DNA of 64,000 bases from Klebsormidium nitens. Taxonomy: Eukaryota > Plantae > Klebsormidiophyceae. The stretch lies in assembly GCA_000708835.1 (NCBI GenBank), contig DF237161.1, positions 23,880 to 87,879 on the forward strand, written 5' to 3'. Below, one piece after another: positions 60,959-64,000 of the stretch. A model generated the notes under the pieces. It had not been told where the DNA came from, made no database searches, and saw only the letters and a program-made list of their open reading frames with translations. Each line of letters opens with the position of its first letter. Position 1 is the first letter of the stretch. The position numbers and the translations under genes were made by a program.

Positions 60959-61721
60959 TACACAAGCTACCTATGGTGGGTACCGGCCGAGTCGATTCCG
61001 ACTCCGGCCGCCACAAAATCGATTTAGCGCGTATCGAATATCGTCAGTGTTACCGGCGGTTCGCGTCACGGCTACTCAGGTTTATGTTACTCGGGCGGTA
61101 CAAATACTCAGAGAATTTTGCCGGGCCGTAAGTAAGTGTGAGGAGATTCTTAAACAGTGTCAGGTTTTACACTTTGAGAGGAGCATCAAATTGGCACGCA
61201 AAGAAGAGCCATATGCAGGCTTATAAAAACCTCTGACAAGCAGAAAAAAATGTTGGGAGAGCGTCATGAAGGCTCCTTCGAAGCTCCAACATCTTGTTAT
61301 GTTGAGGACAAATCGGAAGAAGCACCATCGTGGCTGCAAATTGGCCGCCATTGCTTGCTTCTAAAAAGCGCCATTCCCTACACTCCCGTTTCCATCTTCT
61401 GCACTCTCCTTTCAAGTTAGGTACCGCGGTACTCTAGGGTGGTTCGAGTCGGAACTTCCGATCGAAACCATGATTTTCAAATTTCACGTACGGTCAGACT
61501 TGATCGGTACCGTACCGCCGGAAACTCCGGAAGTTTCTGACGATCGGAATGTCAGACAGATTCTAATTTATGAACTCGGACCGGATTCTCAAGTACCGGT
61601 CTGCACGGTCGTCAGTACCGCGTACAGTAATTGTCGCGACGCGACACACCGGTGATTCAAATTTGTGACCGGATCGTCGCGCGATCGAGACCGCCGATAC
61701 CCACCATAGGTTGCTTGTGTA
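60959..61721. mobile_element. Non-autonomous TIR element, about 763 bp, 38-bp imperfect inverted repeat with TA termini
   Basis: TACACAAGCTACCTATGGTGGGTACCGGCCGAGTCGAT (60959-60996) matches the reverse complement of 61684-61721 at 33 of 38 positions. It lies between the convergent URB2 and DUF829 3' ends. Confidence 0.65.
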
Positions 61722-62345
61722 ATTTGAACATATGCAATCATTGCCTTATGCGGTGGCACCGTCATATGATAGTCATTATAATCCATCGATGGTCCATGCG
61801 ATCCATCGCAATGGGCGATCACAAAAATTGCACGTTTTCCGCATAGTGCTAGCTCGCACGGCCCGCCGGTCTCGACATCGATATAAACATGGGAACCATA
61901 TGTACCCTCGATTCTTTGATCTGTATGCAAGCGCTGGCAATCAGCGTGAATTATGCGGTGCATGAGCTGATCCCGATTGAACCTGCCGCCGAGCTGGCGA
62001 ATCTTCTTTCAACTGCAACTGGCATTGCGTTTGCCGGCCGCGAACAAGTCCAAAAGCTGTGCTACACTACGCCGTCAATTTTGATTTTTATAGGACTTTT
62101 TATGTCGGTTTTGACAGGGAGCACTACCGTCGCTCTGGGTAGCTTGCGTCCTTCCATATCCGAATGCTCGAACGAAATCAGCGACGGCGACGCCGTAAAA
62201 GTGCGCCTGCTGCCAGTGCGTGAAGAGTCGCTCGCCAAACTGCGAAGTAGTTCCTCCCCAAGAACGTTCCTCAGCTTGCCTCAAATGAATCGTTCCAGTA
62301 GTTCAAAGATTTAGCTGTCCAGTATTCGGTCGAAGGAAAGAGGAA

Positions 62346-63971
62346 TTACAGGCGGGGACGTGGCAGCCCCTTGCGCTCGAAAGACGACTGCTTAATAAAA
62401 GGCGCGCTAGCTACTTGAACGTGCAGAACAGCTTCAATGTTGTCAGTGTCTGTGTCTTCTAAGGCTTGCTCCGAGCGCTCAAAGGTCAACCCCGTCTCAC
62501 TCTTCGAAGCAGTTTGCGTATGTGCAAGAGGAGTCGATTGCAGCATCAGCCAGCGCTTTCTTGCCCTTTCCAAGAACTCGGATACTGCAGTCCTGTAATC
62601 GTCACGGTGTAGGCGCAAGTGTCCTGTCGAGAAGACGACGTTTCCGTCAAGAGCGCAAACATACTGCGTCTCGTCAACCGCCCTTGACATCTTACTCCTA
62701 CCTAAATGGGATAAGTCGTCATGCAGCTTGTCTTCACCGCACTAGACCGCAGCACCGATGCATCAATCCTTGCTGATTTGAAACGGTCTCTGAAGGATCT
62801 CTGGAGGCTGAACAAGCTAAAATGTACACCAATCTTTTGAACCGTGAAAGCAGTGGCGTGAGCCCTCACCTACGTGGAGGGACTGGGGCCATGTAACCGC
62901 TGTTACGTCTGCCCCAACTTTCCGCACGTTTGCGACAAACTCATCGATCCTCTCTGCCGGGGCCAGCGGGTCATCTCGACTGTACAGAAGCAGGAGGGGT
63001 TGCAGGACCTGGACACACGTGGCACAGCAACAGTGGGCTTCATGTGACCCCTTGTCAGCATAATTTGGCGCTTAATCTGTTGGAGGACTCACTTGTGTGC
63101 ACTGCCTTCCACGTTGTCTGAAAGGAGAAGACAGGGGGTGAACACGATCGAAGCTCGACATAGTGTGCTTGGCAACCTGCAGGAATCAAGCGGGAGCACA
63201 CCCCAAGAATGCAGGGCTGCTCTGAATAGTATCTGATGGGTTCTTTGACCTTACTTGCAACTGCCAATCAATCACGGATTGCGGGGCAATTTTGACAGTG
63301 CGGGCAACGATCTGGACTGGCTGATCAATGGTCCACCGCCATCTGATCCTGCTTTCGCGTTTCTCAGCACTGCTACAATTCAGCCCAGTCTGTTTTCGAA
63401 AAGCGCAGCTTCCCAACATGCACAGAGCAGAGTTCCAGTGCGTAGTCTTTTGAGCACATGTTCGATTCAGATCGAGGTACTCTGCTGTCACTAGATTGCA
63501 AGGCTCGACGATAGTTGCACAAACACTCCAAATACATCTATCCTTCATAAACGACAGGCTCTGATTATGCAAAGAGCGCCTTACCGCTGCCCTTTCCAGT
63601 GTCTGCCAAAAGTCCCGCCTGTCGGCCTCAAAGTGTCCTTTGAACAAGCCGTCCAAGACAATTGCAGTGCCTTTCGCAGCTAGAAAGCGAGCCGTGCTTT
63701 GTTGACCCCCTGGGGGGTGGCTTAGGAAGCGGACACCTATTTTAGACACAAAATCGATTGGACTGGAATCATAGATCTGGCCAACAATACAGCTTTGCAG
63801 GGGGCGGTACTTCTGACAAGCTTCTGGATCCACTTCTGGACACTGGTCGAGCAAGACCTGCAACACAAGATTGGACATGTTGACATACGGTCTTGCCTGA
63901 AACTCAACCTACCACAGGGGACGCAGCGTCCATTGCTTCCATGAGAGATTGAGACGATGGCTCCAAGTTTT
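62346..63971 (-). CDS. DUF829/TMEM53-family alpha/beta-hydrolase-like protein, 5' part beyond the window; exons 63913-63971, 63585-63857, 62870-63008, 62346-62623
   Basis: Spliced product contains CIVGQIYDSSPIDFVSKIGVRFLSHP, then FWQTLERAA|VLQPLLLLYSRDDPLAP, then VTWPQSLHV|GHLRLHRDDYRTAVSEFL. These match the DSSP, LxLYSxxD and SxHVGH motifs I recall for plant DUF829 proteins. Phases are consistent. Confidence 0.85.
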
Positions 63972-64000
63972 CTGCGAGAGAGCTTGACAGATTTGATCGA

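Noticed and set aside
61436-61460. GGTTCGAGTC, resembling a tRNA/SINE B box
   Set aside because: There is no A box or cloverleaf, and it lies inside the TIR element.
63253-63390. Extra candidate exon in the DUF829 intron (TGLNCSS...DWQLQ)
   Set aside because: Family alignment as I recall it runs directly from FWQTLERAA to VLQPLLLLYS, so the segment is unnecessary and unsupported.

Overview
Eukaryotic, intron-rich nuclear DNA with GC-rich exons. The gene families are plant-type and point to a streptophyte green alga such as Klebsormidium (inference only). I reconstructed 8 spliced protein-coding genes by hand: mitochondrial ATP synthase subunit e (+), a CONSTANS-like B-box/CCT protein (+), a large POWERDRESS/N-CoR-like SANT protein (-), a plastid FtsH-like ATPase with a broken HEXXH motif (+), an ATL-like signal-peptide/TM/RING-H2 E3 ligase (+), a five-finger CCCH zinc-finger protein (-), URB2/Npa2 (+) and a DUF829/TMEM53-family protein (-, cut by the window end). 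Intergenic DNA holds several short elements with terminal inverted repeats (MITE-like), plus CATG-rich and GTAC-rich islands. The strongest observation is a pair of apparently mutually exclusive transmembrane exons in the RING-H2 gene: same splice phases, 42 nt apart, frameshifting if both are used. All three N-gaps have overlapping flanks and are probably collapsible assembly artefacts. No tRNA, rRNA or CRISPR feature is supported. Exon models come from reading GT-AG signals and frame continuity, not from transcript data.
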